Assembly: GCA_024653345.1 (NCBI GenBank)
Contig: JANLFV010000002.1
Location: forward strand, 4,830 to 68,829
From: Candidatus Acetothermia bacterium
Lineage (GTDB): Bacteria > Bipolaricaulota > Bipolaricaulia > RBG-16-55-9 > JANLFV01
Direction: 5' to 3'
DNA length: 64,000 bases
The position numbers and the translations under genes were made by a program. This document shows, piece after piece, positions 30,039 to 38,437 of this stretch; the first letter of the stretch is position 1, and each line of letters begins with the position of its first letter. Below the pieces are notes generated by a model. It was given only the letters and a program-made list of their open reading frames with translations. It had not been told where the DNA came from and searched no databases.

Positions 30039-31079
30039 ATGACCTTGGAGAGGGTCCTTCTGGGGGTTGAGCTGCTGCTAGTGGTCGCTTGCTTCTTCGT
30101 GGTCATCACTGGTCTCGAGGACGCTGGGCCGTCCACCACCCTCGCGCGGGCTTGGGTCAACTGGCCAGCACCGGGGTCGGAAGAGACCGCGGAGCAGCGC
30201 GGCCTCTATCTCACTGCGCCGGCCTTGGCCAAGCTCGATCGGGACGGGAAGGTCGAGGAGTTCATCGCCCGGATGAGAGGTGTCGGCCTGAACACGGTCG
30301 TGATCGATGTGAAGGACATGAACGGCGGGGTGACCTATCCCACCCGGGTCCCCTTGGCAAGGGAGATGCGCGCCCTCGCCACCCAGCTCGACCTGTCCCG
30401 TCTGCTCGCCCTCTTCCACGCGAAGGGGATCTACACGATCGCCAGGCTGGTGGCGTTCAACGACCCGAAGCTTGCCAAGCACCTCAAGAGCCCGAACGCG
30501 CCGTGGGTCTCGCCGGCTGATAGCCGGGTCATCGAATACAATCTGGCCTTAGCTGAGGAGGTCCTGGCCCTCGGCTTCGATGAGGTGCAATTCGACTATC
30601 TCCGCTACCCCGATGATGGCGAGCTTGGCCCTGTCTATGAACCGCGCTATGCCGCGATCAGGGGTTTTCTCCAGCTGGCGCGTGAGCGACTGGGCGGTAA
30701 GATCTCGATCGATGTCTTCGGGCGGACGCTGTGGGAGTGGAACAAGAAGCGGATCGACCCGATCGGCCAGCAACTGGAGGAACTGGCTCCGTTCGTTGAC
30801 TGGATCTCGCCGATGGTCTACCCCTCCCACTATGAGCAGAGCCTGCGGGATAAGCCATACGAGACGGTGAGACGGGCCCTGGAGGCCGGCCTGAAGCGCG
30901 GGCTGAAGCTGAGGCCGTTCCTGCAGGCGTTCCGGCTGGCGATCCCCGCAGGGATGAGCTACCATGACTACATCCGGGCCCAGCTCCAAGCGGCGAGCGA
31001 GCTGGGGATCAACAGCTACCTCTTCTGGAATCCCCGCTCGGACTATGCCGACCTCTTCGCGGCCCTGGGAGGCGATTGA
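30039..31079 (+). CDS. putative TIM-barrel glycoside hydrolase-like protein (GHL/DUF4015-type)
   Basis: 346 aa with an N-terminal transmembrane anchor and motifs GLNTVVIDVKD and FDEVQFDYLRYP typical of these hydrolase-like families. Confidence 0.55.
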   Translation: MTLERVLLGVELLLVVACFFVVITGLEDAGPSTTLARAWVNWPAPGSEETAEQRGLYLTAPALAKLDRDGKVEEFIARMRGVGLNTVVIDVKDMNGGVTYPTRVPLAREMRALATQLDLSRLLALFHAKGIYTIARLVAFNDPKLAKHLKSPNAPWVSPADSRVIEYNLALAEEVLALGFDEVQFDYLRYPDDGELGPVYEPRYAAIRGFLQLARERLGGKISIDVFGRTLWEWNKKRIDPIGQQLEELAPFVDWISPMVYPSHYEQSLRDKPYETVRRALEAGLKRGLKLRPFLQAFRLAIPAGMSYHDYIRAQLQAASELGINSYLFWNPRSDYADLFAALGGD

Positions 31080-31196
31080 TGGAAGCCCCTTCCAGCAGGG
31101 GCTGGGGGACTTCCCCTTCGGCGGGCCTGGACAAGCTGGCCGAGATCCGGTAAACTCGTGCGAGAGCTCTCAGATGAATCGGTTGAACTTGCTGAA

Positions 31197-31222
31197 CGGC
31201 CTCGTAGGCCTAGGGTTTTTTT
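31197..31222 (+). terminator. putative intrinsic terminator
   Basis: Hairpin GGCCTcgtAGGCC followed by TAGGG and a T-run of 7. Confidence 0.35.
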
Positions 31223-31522
31223 CTTTCTTGGATCAGACGCTGCGGAACTTCCTGTTCACCCGGTCTCTGATCGCCGCGGTCGTGTTGGCTGTCGGCTCGC
31301 GGCTCCTTCAGGGGACGCGGTTCTCCTGGCTCTTTCCTGGCTAGTCTCCCGGTCTGCCCCCGGCGGCTAGAGAGATATAATCGGCGCTATGGGGGCCTTC
31401 CCCCTCTACGCTCGGGTTGATCTTCCCCTGACCTGCGGGTGCTACCTCTTCGCCGGCCAGGATCGGCCGAGCTTCGATGGCAGAGGGAACCGGCCCGCGA
31501 GCCCGAGCGAGCGCCCCTCGGG

Positions 31523-33271
31523 CTAGCGCCGGCCGAAGCTCCTCTCGAGGTCCTCCAGCGTGTATTTCACGATGATCGGCCGGCCGTGCGGGCAACGGTA
31601 GGGGTTCTCGAGCCTCTGGAGGTTCCGAACGAGCTCCTCCATCTCCTCCAGCGAGAGCGCGGTATTCTTGACGATCGCGGCCGCGCAGGCGAGCTCGGAC
31701 GCAACCTGCTCGACGAGTTCAGCGAACTCCGGCTCATCGCCGGCCTCGAGGAGTCGCAGGATCTTCTGGAGCGCCTCCCGTGCGCTCTCCTTCGTCAGCC
31801 GCTCGGCCAGCACCTGGGGCCACTCGCGGAGGATAAAGGAGCCTCCGCCGAAGGCCTCCAGGCCAATCCCCAGCCTCTCCGAGAGCCGGTCGATCCACGG
31901 GGTAAGCAGCTCGGCCTCGTCGGGCGAGAGCTCGATCGTGAGCGGGATGAGCAGCCTCTGGCGCGGGATCTGGCCGGCCCGAAGTTGGGCCATGAACCTC
32001 TCGTAGAGGACCTGCTCGTGGGCCACATGCTGGTCGATCAGCTCCAGTCCCTCCTCCGTCTGAACAAGGATATAGGTGTTATGGAGCTGGCCGAGGATCT
32101 TCCAGGAGGGCTTGCACTCCTCCGGCTCGAGCAGGGGCTCCGGGCCGCGGGGCCGTAGTGCGGCGAGCTCCCTCTTCAGGTCGAGCCCGACCGGCTGGCC
32201 AGCGCGCGGCTGGCGGAGGTCGAGCCTCCCCCGGCGGCTGGCCTCGGGCCGAGGTCGGACTTCTTCAAGCCGGGGGACCGCCTGACGGGAGAGGAGCCCC
32301 GCCCCCAGGGCTCGCCGGAGCTCGGCCTGGACGAGCTGGCTGTCGGAGAACCGGACCTCCTCCTTGCGGGGATGAACATTGACATCGACCAGCTCGGGCG
32401 AGATCTCGATGAAGATGAACGCCGGCGGGAATCTCCCGCTCTTCACCAGCCCCTCGTAGGAGCGGGAGAGGGCGTAGTTCAGGCCCTGGTCGCGCACATA
32501 CCGTCCGTTGACGATGATGAACTGATCCTGCCGGTCCGCGCGAGCCTCCTCGGGAGGGCCGACCAGGCCGTGGACTCGCACCAGATTCCCGCCGCTCTGA
32601 ACCTCGATCAACCTCCGGGCGAACTCAGGGCCGTAGAGCGTCGCGACGCGCTCGCGCAAGTCTTGCTGGGGCGGAGCTTCGAGCACAAGCCGGCCGTCGC
32701 TCGCCAGCCGGAAGTGAACGAGCGGCCGGGCGAGGATGAACCGCTTCATCACTCTCGTGATGTGGAGCCCTTCGGTCCTCTCGCCGCGGAGGTATTTCCG
32801 CCGCGCGGGGGTGTTGTAGAAGAGTTCCTGCACTTCCACGGTTGTTCCGGGGGCTCGCCCACTCGGCTCGACCGAGATGACCTTGCCACCCGCGACCTCG
32901 AGGCGGACCGCCTCGTCGGCTCCTCGGGCCCGAGTCGTGATAGTCGTTCGGGAGACCTCGACGATCGAGGCGAGTGCCTCGCCGCGGAACCCGAGGGTGC
33001 TGATCCTCTCCAGGTCCTCCTCTGTCGCGATCTTCGAGGTGGTATGCCGCCGGATGGCCAGCTCCAGATCCTCGCGGGACATGCCCTCGCCGTCGTCGGA
33101 GACGGTGATCTTGGCGAGCCCTCCCTGGTCGATGGAGACATATATCCGGGCTGCTCCGGCATCGAGGCTGTTCTCGACCAGCTCTTTCACCACGGAAGCG
33201 GGCCGCTCGATCACCTCGCCCGCGGCGATCTTGTTCACTAGATGCGGGTCGAGCACCCTGATCCTGCCCAT
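31523..33271 (-). CDS. mutL: DNA mismatch repair protein MutL
   Basis: 582 aa with a GHKL ATPase N-terminus (KELVENSLDAGA) and a C-terminal dimerisation domain. Confidence 0.9.
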   Translation of the reverse strand: MGRIRVLDPHLVNKIAAGEVIERPASVVKELVENSLDAGAARIYVSIDQGGLAKITVSDDGEGMSREDLELAIRRHTTSKIATEEDLERISTLGFRGEALASIVEVSRTTITTRARGADEAVRLEVAGGKVISVEPSGRAPGTTVEVQELFYNTPARRKYLRGERTEGLHITRVMKRFILARPLVHFRLASDGRLVLEAPPQQDLRERVATLYGPEFARRLIEVQSGGNLVRVHGLVGPPEEARADRQDQFIIVNGRYVRDQGLNYALSRSYEGLVKSGRFPPAFIFIEISPELVDVNVHPRKEEVRFSDSQLVQAELRRALGAGLLSRQAVPRLEEVRPRPEASRRGRLDLRQPRAGQPVGLDLKRELAALRPRGPEPLLEPEECKPSWKILGQLHNTYILVQTEEGLELIDQHVAHEQVLYERFMAQLRAGQIPRQRLLIPLTIELSPDEAELLTPWIDRLSERLGIGLEAFGGGSFILREWPQVLAERLTKESAREALQKILRLLEAGDEPEFAELVEQVASELACAAAIVKNTALSLEEMEELVRNLQRLENPYRCPHGRPIIVKYTLEDLERSFGRR

Positions 33272-33328
33272 TCGAGCTCTAGGATAGGACCTAATCCTAG
33301 GGAGAGCAAGTAGGCCGGCTTCTGGGGC

Positions 33329-33357
33329 TTGATCTCGAGCCAGTCTTGTGCTATACT
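33329..33357 (+). promoter_or_regulatory. promoter (TTGATC-N17-TATACT with TGn-extended -10) for the intron-containing tRNA
   Basis: TTGATC at 33329-33334, a 17-nt spacer, then TGTGCTATACT ending at 33357. The tRNA 5' end lies 12 nt downstream. Confidence 0.45.
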
Positions 33358-33403
33358 GACGCCGATCTTCCCGGGTAGCTCAACCGGCAGAGCGGGTGGC
33401 TGT

Positions 33404-33949
33404 AGGGAGGCATGGAGCAGGTGGCTGACAGGCGAGCATACGCTGATCGGCGCGGATACTTGATCGAGGCCGTGCGGAGCCGCCGGAAGAGGATTCGCAG
33501 GATGGCTCTGCAGTATGAGGGTGCTAGATGTAGCATCTGCGGCTACGATCGGTGCGAAGGAGCGCTGGAGTTTCACCAACTAGAGGCCACAAGTAAGGAC
33601 TTTGGGATCTCCGACAAGGGGTATACCCGGAGTTGGAGAAAGGTCCGAGAGGAGCTAGATAGGTGCATACTCCTATGTGCCAATTGCCATCGCGAAGTCC
33701 ATGCCGGAATGCAGCTTCCACGGGAAACCGTGGTCGAAGAATCGGGTGAATTCAGGGGAGCCTACCCCGAAAGGAAGGGTAACCCTGAGCGAAGCCTGCC
33801 GAAGGGACTTGGAGTAGGCAGGAACGTGCAGAGACTAGAGGCTGAGGATCCCACCAATAATGCCTCGCGAGCGCCCGACACCCTCTCCCTGGTCCTCCAG
33901 GGCGGGTGAAGAGATAGTCCGAGCCCAGCAGAAATGCTGGGGGAACTCG
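33404..33949 (+). mobile_element. group I intron (about 546 nt) carrying an HNH homing endonuclease ORF
   Basis: R-like element GCAGAGACTAGA at 33828-33839 and S-like element AGATAGTCC at 33912-33920 form P7 (GACTA/TAGTC). A P8 hairpin CCCTGGtcctCCAGGG lies at 33887-33902. A P9 hairpin CCCAGCAgaaaTGCTGGG lies at 33924-33941. The terminal G is at 33949, and the 5' exon ends in U. Confidence 0.65.
33412..33909 (+). CDS. HNH homing endonuclease (intron-encoded)
   Basis: 165 aa with CSICGYD...EFHQLE...LLCANCHREVH, the HNH motif. The start follows a GGGAGG ribosome-binding site 8 nt after the 5' splice site. The 3' third of the ORF overlaps the ribozyme core. Confidence 0.8.
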   Translation: MEQVADRRAYADRRGYLIEAVRSRRKRIRRMALQYEGARCSICGYDRCEGALEFHQLEATSKDFGISDKGYTRSWRKVREELDRCILLCANCHREVHAGMQLPRETVVEESGEFRGAYPERKGNPERSLPKGLGVGRNVQRLEAEDPTNNASRAPDTLSLVLQGG

Positions 33950-34056
33950 TAACCACTAGGTTGCAGGTTCGAGTCCTGCCCCGGGAGCCAGGTCAGTATT
34001 GGTTCAACCCTTTGTTGTGTCGGGAGTATTCCCCTCTCGAACATCTTTGGCCCACT

Positions 34057-34494
34057 CTATCTCGTTGGCTCCAGCTTCCTCAGCTCGACTCGGTGACTAC
34101 CGTGTCTCTCAGCCAACTTTAGTAGACCCCGTGCCACCTCGGGGACGCTCAGCCGCGCGGCAGCATCGCGGTAGAACTGCTCCAAGACCTCCTCGGCCCG
34201 CTGCGCTAGCTCGAGCAGCTCGGCATCTCTTCCCTCAGCAGAGGGCCGGAGCTCGAGCCGGTAGCCATCGGCCCTCATTTCGTGGACCGGCTCCAGCAGC
34301 ATCTCGCTGATGTTCTCCCGCCGCTCGCGCTCCAGCCGCTGCCGGTGCCTCTCCGCAGCCCTTGCCAGCTCCTCGAGGACGCTCTTTGTCTTATCACCTC
34401 GAGCCGCACGTGCCCAGTCTCGATATAGCTCTGCAGCCCGGCCTTCAAGCTCGATGCCGAACCGGAGCAGCGCCCCGAAGGTGGTGAGCTCCAT
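34057..34494 (-). CDS. ferritin-like (rubrerythrin-like four-helix bundle) domain protein
   Basis: Start trimmed to MELTTF at 34494, with a GGGAG ribosome-binding site directly after the upstream gene's TAG. Glu/His-rich helices ELEGRAAELY, EELARAAERH and LAERH are present. Confidence 0.45.
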   Translation of the reverse strand: MELTTFGALLRFGIELEGRAAELYRDWARAARGDKTKSVLEELARAAERHRQRLERERRENISEMLLEPVHEMRADGYRLELRPSAEGRDAELLELAQRAEEVLEQFYRDAAARLSVPEVARGLLKLAERHGSHRVELRKLEPTR

Positions 34495-34499
34495 CTCCC

Positions 34500-35948
34500 C
34501 TACCACCACCTGGTGATCACGACCTTCTTCTCGGTGAAGAAGTCGATCGCGTCCCGCCCCTGGCCGTGGAGGTCGCCGAAGAAGGAGTCCTTTCGCCCGC
34601 CGAAGGGGAAGAAAGCCATCGGGGCGACGATCCCCACATTGATCCCGATGTTCCCGCACTTGACGCGATACTTGAACTCCCGCGCGGCGCTCCCGCTGGT
34701 GGTGAAGATCGAGGAGGCATTGCCGTAGGGGTTGGCATGGATGATCTCGATCGCCTCATCCAGGTCCGCCACTCTGATGATGCTCGCCACTGGCCCGAAG
34801 ATCTCCTCCCGCGCGATCGCCATCTCCGGCCGGACGCGGTCGAAGACCGTCGGGCCGATGAAGTAGCCCTCCTCGTGGCCCGCGACCCTGATGCTCCTTC
34901 CGTCAAGGAGGAGCCTCGCCCCCTCCTGCAATCCTCGGTCGATGTAGCCTAGGACTCGCTCTTTGTGCTTCTTGGAGATCACCGGCCCCATCTGGACTGT
35001 CTCGTCCAGGGGGTCCCCGACCTTCAGCTTGCCCGCCGCGGCAGTGAACCTCTCCTTTAGGGGCTCGTATACTTCGCCGACCGGCAGGAGGACCGAGCCG
35101 GAGAGGCAGCGCTCCCCAGCGCAGCCGAAGAAGGAGGTGATCAGTGGGGGGATCGTCCGATCGAGATCCGCATCGGGCATGACGACGATGAAGTTCTTCG
35201 CCCCGGCTTGGCACTGGACCCGCTTTCCGTGCTCCGCGGCCTTTCTGTAAATGTATCGCGCGACCGGAGTCGAGGTAACTGAGGAGATCCCGACCACATC
35301 GGGGCTCTCCAGGAGGTGGTCCACAACGCCCTTGGCTCCGTTCACGAGGTTGAGCACCCCCGGAGGGAGATCGAGCTCGTCGACCAGCTGGAAGATCTTG
35401 TTCTGAACGATGGGCACCTGCTCGGAGGGCTTGACGATATAGGTGTTGCCCGCGGCGATGGCATAGGGGGCAAACCACCAGGGGACCATCGCGGGGAAGT
35501 TGAACGGCGGGATCACGGCGAAGACCCCCAGGGGCTGCCGGACGACCTCCTCGTCGATCCCGCGGGCGATGTCCTCCAGGCTATAGCCCATCATCAGGGA
35601 GGGGATTCCCGTGGCGACCTCAACATTCTCGATCAGGCGGCGCATCTCACCGCGGGCCTCGTCCAGGGTCTTCCCCTCCTCAGAGGAGATCGTCCGGGCA
35701 AGCGCCTCGAAATGATCCTCCAGGAGGCCCTTGAGGCGGAAGAGATACTGGATCCTGGTCGTGGGCGGGGTCTCCCGCCACTCGGGGAAAGCCTCACAGG
35801 CCGCGCGGATCGCCGCCTCGACCTCTTCGTCGGTGGAAAGAGGGACCTGAGCGAGCACCTCTTCCGTGGCGGGATTGCGGACCTCGAGCGATTCTTGTGA
35901 CTTCGACTCCCGCCACTCCCCTCCGATGTAGTTCTTCAACCTATCCAT
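34500..35948 (-). CDS. mmsA: CoA-acylating methylmalonate/malonate-semialdehyde dehydrogenase
   Basis: 482 aa aldehyde dehydrogenase containing the motif FNFPAMVPWWFAPYAIAAGNTYIVKPSEQ, characteristic of this dehydrogenase family. Confidence 0.8.
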   Translation of the reverse strand: MDRLKNYIGGEWRESKSQESLEVRNPATEEVLAQVPLSTDEEVEAAIRAACEAFPEWRETPPTTRIQYLFRLKGLLEDHFEALARTISSEEGKTLDEARGEMRRLIENVEVATGIPSLMMGYSLEDIARGIDEEVVRQPLGVFAVIPPFNFPAMVPWWFAPYAIAAGNTYIVKPSEQVPIVQNKIFQLVDELDLPPGVLNLVNGAKGVVDHLLESPDVVGISSVTSTPVARYIYRKAAEHGKRVQCQAGAKNFIVVMPDADLDRTIPPLITSFFGCAGERCLSGSVLLPVGEVYEPLKERFTAAAGKLKVGDPLDETVQMGPVISKKHKERVLGYIDRGLQEGARLLLDGRSIRVAGHEEGYFIGPTVFDRVRPEMAIAREEIFGPVASIIRVADLDEAIEIIHANPYGNASSIFTTSGSAAREFKYRVKCGNIGINVGIVAPMAFFPFGGRKDSFFGDLHGQGRDAIDFFTEKKVVITRWW

Positions 35949-35960
35949 GAGCGGACCTCC

Positions 35961-37307
35961 TTAGTCTGCCTCATGATCGGCCATCTCCAAGACTTCGTCC
36001 AAGGCCTGGAGCCCTCTGTCGATCTCCGCCTCGGTGATGATGAGCGGCGGGGCGATCACGAAGTGGTTATACCAGCTCGATAGATAGACGCCGCGCTTCA
36101 GCATCTCCGCGGAGAGCCTCTCGGTCAAGAGCGGCTTCAGGGCGGCCTTGTCGGCCTTGGTGCTGAACGGCTCCTTCGTCTCCCTGTTCTTGACCAGCTC
36201 GACAGCCCAGAAGTGGCCGAGCCCCCGGACATCGCCGATGCTCTTGTGCTTGGTGAAGAGCCGGCGGAGCCCCTGGGCGAGGTGCTCGCTGACGCGCTGG
36301 GGTAGGCCCGTCGCGAAGAGCTTCTTATACTCCGCAATGGCCGCGGGGATGGCCGCGAGCGTGAGCGGGTGCATGCTATAAGTGTGGCCATGGGCAAAGA
36401 AGCGCTCCTCGAAGTGGCCGCGGATCTTGGCTGTCGTCGCGGTCACCCCGACGGGGGCGTAGGCACCAGTGCAGCCCTTGGCGGTGGTCAAGATATCGGG
36501 CTTGACATCCCAATGGTCGACGGCGAACCGCTTGCCCGTCCGATACCAGCCGCTCATCACCTCGTCCGCGACGAGCAAGACGCCATTCTCATCCGCGATC
36601 TGCCTCAGTCTAGGGAGATACTCCGGCGGCGGGACGATGATCCCGTTCGTCCCGACGACCGGCTCGATGAAGATCGCGGCAACATTCCCCTCCTCCTTGA
36701 TCATGTAGTCAACGTATTCGGCGCACTGGATCTGGCAGCCGGGATGCTCGAGCCCGAAGGGGCAGCGGTAGCAGTAGGCGTCAGGGGCGAAGATCACGCC
36801 GGGGAGCTTGTTCATCGGCTCGGCGAACCACCGCCGGAAGTCCCCGGTGAGGGCGATGCTCCCCCCAGTCGAGCCGTGGTAGGAGCGGTATCTGGAGATG
36901 ATCTTATACTTCCCTTGGGGCGCGAGATACTGGCGGACGATCTTCAGGGCCGCCTCGTTCGCCTCCGTCCCCGAGGAGGAGAAGAAGAACTGGTCCAGTC
37001 CCTCAGGCATGGCCTCGAGGAGGGCCTCGACCGCGCGGGCCTTCGCCTCGCAGACGAAGCCCGGGGCCACATAGGGGAGCCGCTCGGCCTGCTCCTTGAT
37101 CGCTGCGATCAGCGCCCTGTTCCCGTGGCCGAGGTTCGAGCACATCAGCTGTGAAGAGAAATCGAGGTATGCCCTGCCCTGATCGTCGTAGAAGCAGGCC
37201 CCCTCGGCCTTGGCGATGAAGAGCGGCCTCTTCCAGGCCTTCTGGGCCCGCCAACTGCCGTAGCTGTGGCTTGTGATCAGCTCCACTAGCTTCTCTATAT
37301 CGGTCAT
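35961..37307 (-). CDS. class III aminotransferase (omega-amino acid / beta-alanine--pyruvate transaminase-like)
   Basis: 448 aa PLP fold type I, class III, with the lysine in TTAKG. Confidence 0.85.
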   Translation of the reverse strand: MTDIEKLVELITSHSYGSWRAQKAWKRPLFIAKAEGACFYDDQGRAYLDFSSQLMCSNLGHGNRALIAAIKEQAERLPYVAPGFVCEAKARAVEALLEAMPEGLDQFFFSSSGTEANEAALKIVRQYLAPQGKYKIISRYRSYHGSTGGSIALTGDFRRWFAEPMNKLPGVIFAPDAYCYRCPFGLEHPGCQIQCAEYVDYMIKEEGNVAAIFIEPVVGTNGIIVPPPEYLPRLRQIADENGVLLVADEVMSGWYRTGKRFAVDHWDVKPDILTTAKGCTGAYAPVGVTATTAKIRGHFEERFFAHGHTYSMHPLTLAAIPAAIAEYKKLFATGLPQRVSEHLAQGLRRLFTKHKSIGDVRGLGHFWAVELVKNRETKEPFSTKADKAALKPLLTERLSAEMLKRGVYLSSWYNHFVIAPPLIITEAEIDRGLQALDEVLEMADHEAD

Positions 37308-37394
37308 TTTGGACCGGCTCCTTCTCGATAGCCCTCCGGCGAGATGCTAGCCTCCTGTAGATCCACGGTCCGGGCGGGAGATTCTACCCCGATT

Positions 37395-37426
37395 CCCGGA
37401 GGGCGTCAACTGACGCCCTCTCCGGG
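37395..37426. promoter_or_regulatory. palindromic candidate operator in the divergent intergenic region
   Basis: CCCGGAG-GGCGTCA-ac-TGACGCCC-TCTCCGGG. The core is a perfect 8-bp inverted repeat with a 2-nt spacer, and the extended arms carry one 2-nt bulge. It sits between the aminotransferase and the beta-ureidopropionase genes. Confidence 0.4.
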
Positions 37427-37475
37427 AGGAAAGGCGCTGCCGGCCTGCTCCCTGATCGTAGTGACCCCAGGGCGT

Positions 37476-37505
37476 TTGTTCAGGGCAAGATGGCTGTGCT
37501 ATACT
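37476..37505 (+). promoter_or_regulatory. promoter (TTGTTC-N18-TGTGCTATACT) for the pyrimidine catabolic genes
   Basis: The same extended -10 sequence TGTGCTATACT as the tRNA promoter at 33347-33357. Confidence 0.35.
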
Positions 37506-37536
37506 CGGCCGAAGATTGGGAGGAGGTAGAACGGCG

Positions 37537-38379
37537 ATGAGGATCGTCCGCGGCGCACTGCTCCAGGCGACCTGGACCGGTGACAAGGAGAGCATGATCG
37601 AGAAGCACCTCGACTACCTGGCCCGCGCGGCCAAAGAGGGGGCCGAAGTCATGTGCTTCCAGGAGCTCTTCTACAGCCCCTACTTCTGCCAGGTGCAGAA
37701 TCCGGAGTTCTACAGCTGGGCTGAGCCGATCCCCGAGGGGCCGACGACGAGGCTGATGCAAGAAGCCGCGAAGGAGCACGGGATGGTCCTGATCGCCCCG
37801 ATGTTCGAGGAGGAGGCGCCGGGGATCTATTACAACACCGCCGCGGTCATCGACGCTGACGGAGCCTACCTCGGGAAGTATCGCAAGACTCATATCCCTC
37901 ATCTCACGGGCTTCTGGGAGAAGTTCTACTTCCGCCCGGGGAATCTGGGCTATCCCGTATTCGACACGGCCGTGGGCAAGGTCGGGGTCTACATCTGCTA
38001 CGACCGCCACTTCCCCGAAGGGGCAAGGGTCTTGGGCCTGAACGGGGCCGAGATCGTCTTCATCCCCTCGGCCACCTCACGCGGGCTATCGCAGCATCTC
38101 TGGCGGATCGAACAGACGAGCCACGCGATCGCCAACGGCTACTTCGTCGGGACGATCAACCGCGTCGGCAAGGAAGAGGAATTCGGGCCGAACGACTACT
38201 ACGGGCAGAGCTACTTCTGCACCCCGCGGGGGGAGTTCGTGGGCGAGGTCGGGGATGCTTACAAGGAGGAGCTGATCGTCCGGGACCTCGATCTCGACCT
38301 GATCCGCGAGGTCCGGAACACCTGGCAGTTCTACCGCGATCGCCGGCCGGAGACCTATGGCCAGATCGTGGCGCCGTAG
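37537..38379 (+). CDS. beta-ureidopropionase / N-carbamoyl-beta-alanine amidohydrolase (nitrilase superfamily)
   Basis: Carbon-nitrogen hydrolase fold with Glu-Lys-Cys catalytic residues (FQELF, KTH, CYDRHFPE). The ATG at 37537 follows a GGGAGGAGG ribosome-binding site. Confidence 0.8.
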   Translation: MRIVRGALLQATWTGDKESMIEKHLDYLARAAKEGAEVMCFQELFYSPYFCQVQNPEFYSWAEPIPEGPTTRLMQEAAKEHGMVLIAPMFEEEAPGIYYNTAAVIDADGAYLGKYRKTHIPHLTGFWEKFYFRPGNLGYPVFDTAVGKVGVYICYDRHFPEGARVLGLNGAEIVFIPSATSRGLSQHLWRIEQTSHAIANGYFVGTINRVGKEEEFGPNDYYGQSYFCTPRGEFVGEVGDAYKEELIVRDLDLDLIREVRNTWQFYRDRRPETYGQIVAP

Positions 38380-38437
38380 GCTCGGCTCCGGCGCGGCAGG
38401 CACTCTAGCCTAGGTCATTTGAACAGGAGGTGGGGAG

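Larger units (their letters stand above)
33369..33990 (+). tRNA. tRNA (most likely tRNA-Asn, anticodon GUU) interrupted in the anticodon loop by a group I intron; exon 1 33369-33403, exon 2 33950-33987, CCA encoded to 33990
   Basis: Exon 1 reads TCCCGGG-TA-GCTC-AACCGGCA-GAGC-G-GGTGG-CTGT. Exon 2 reads TAA-CCACT-AGGTT-GCAGG-TTCGAGT-CCTGC-CCCGGGA-G-CCA. Acceptor, D, anticodon and T stems all pair, and U8, A14, G18G19, G53, T54T55C56 and C61 are present. The splice junction U|...G| gives the loop CU-GUU-AA. G73 is the Asn discriminator. Confidence 0.7.

Noticed and set aside
33277-33300. 7-bp perfect hairpin CTAGGAT-N8-ATCCTAG between the mutL start and the tRNA promoter.
   Set aside because: It sits upstream of both divergent genes and has no T-run, so it is not a terminator. 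It could be a minor regulatory site, but there is not enough evidence.
33404-33949. The tRNA insertion considered as an archaeal-type bulge-helix-bulge intron or a plain insertion of a free-standing HNH gene.
   Set aside because: Group I core elements are present (R/S elements forming P7, P8, and P9 with a GAAA loop, plus U at the 5' splice site and G at the 3' end), and no bulge-helix-bulge motif can be drawn. The intron lies between positions 35 and 36, not at the canonical 37/38 site.
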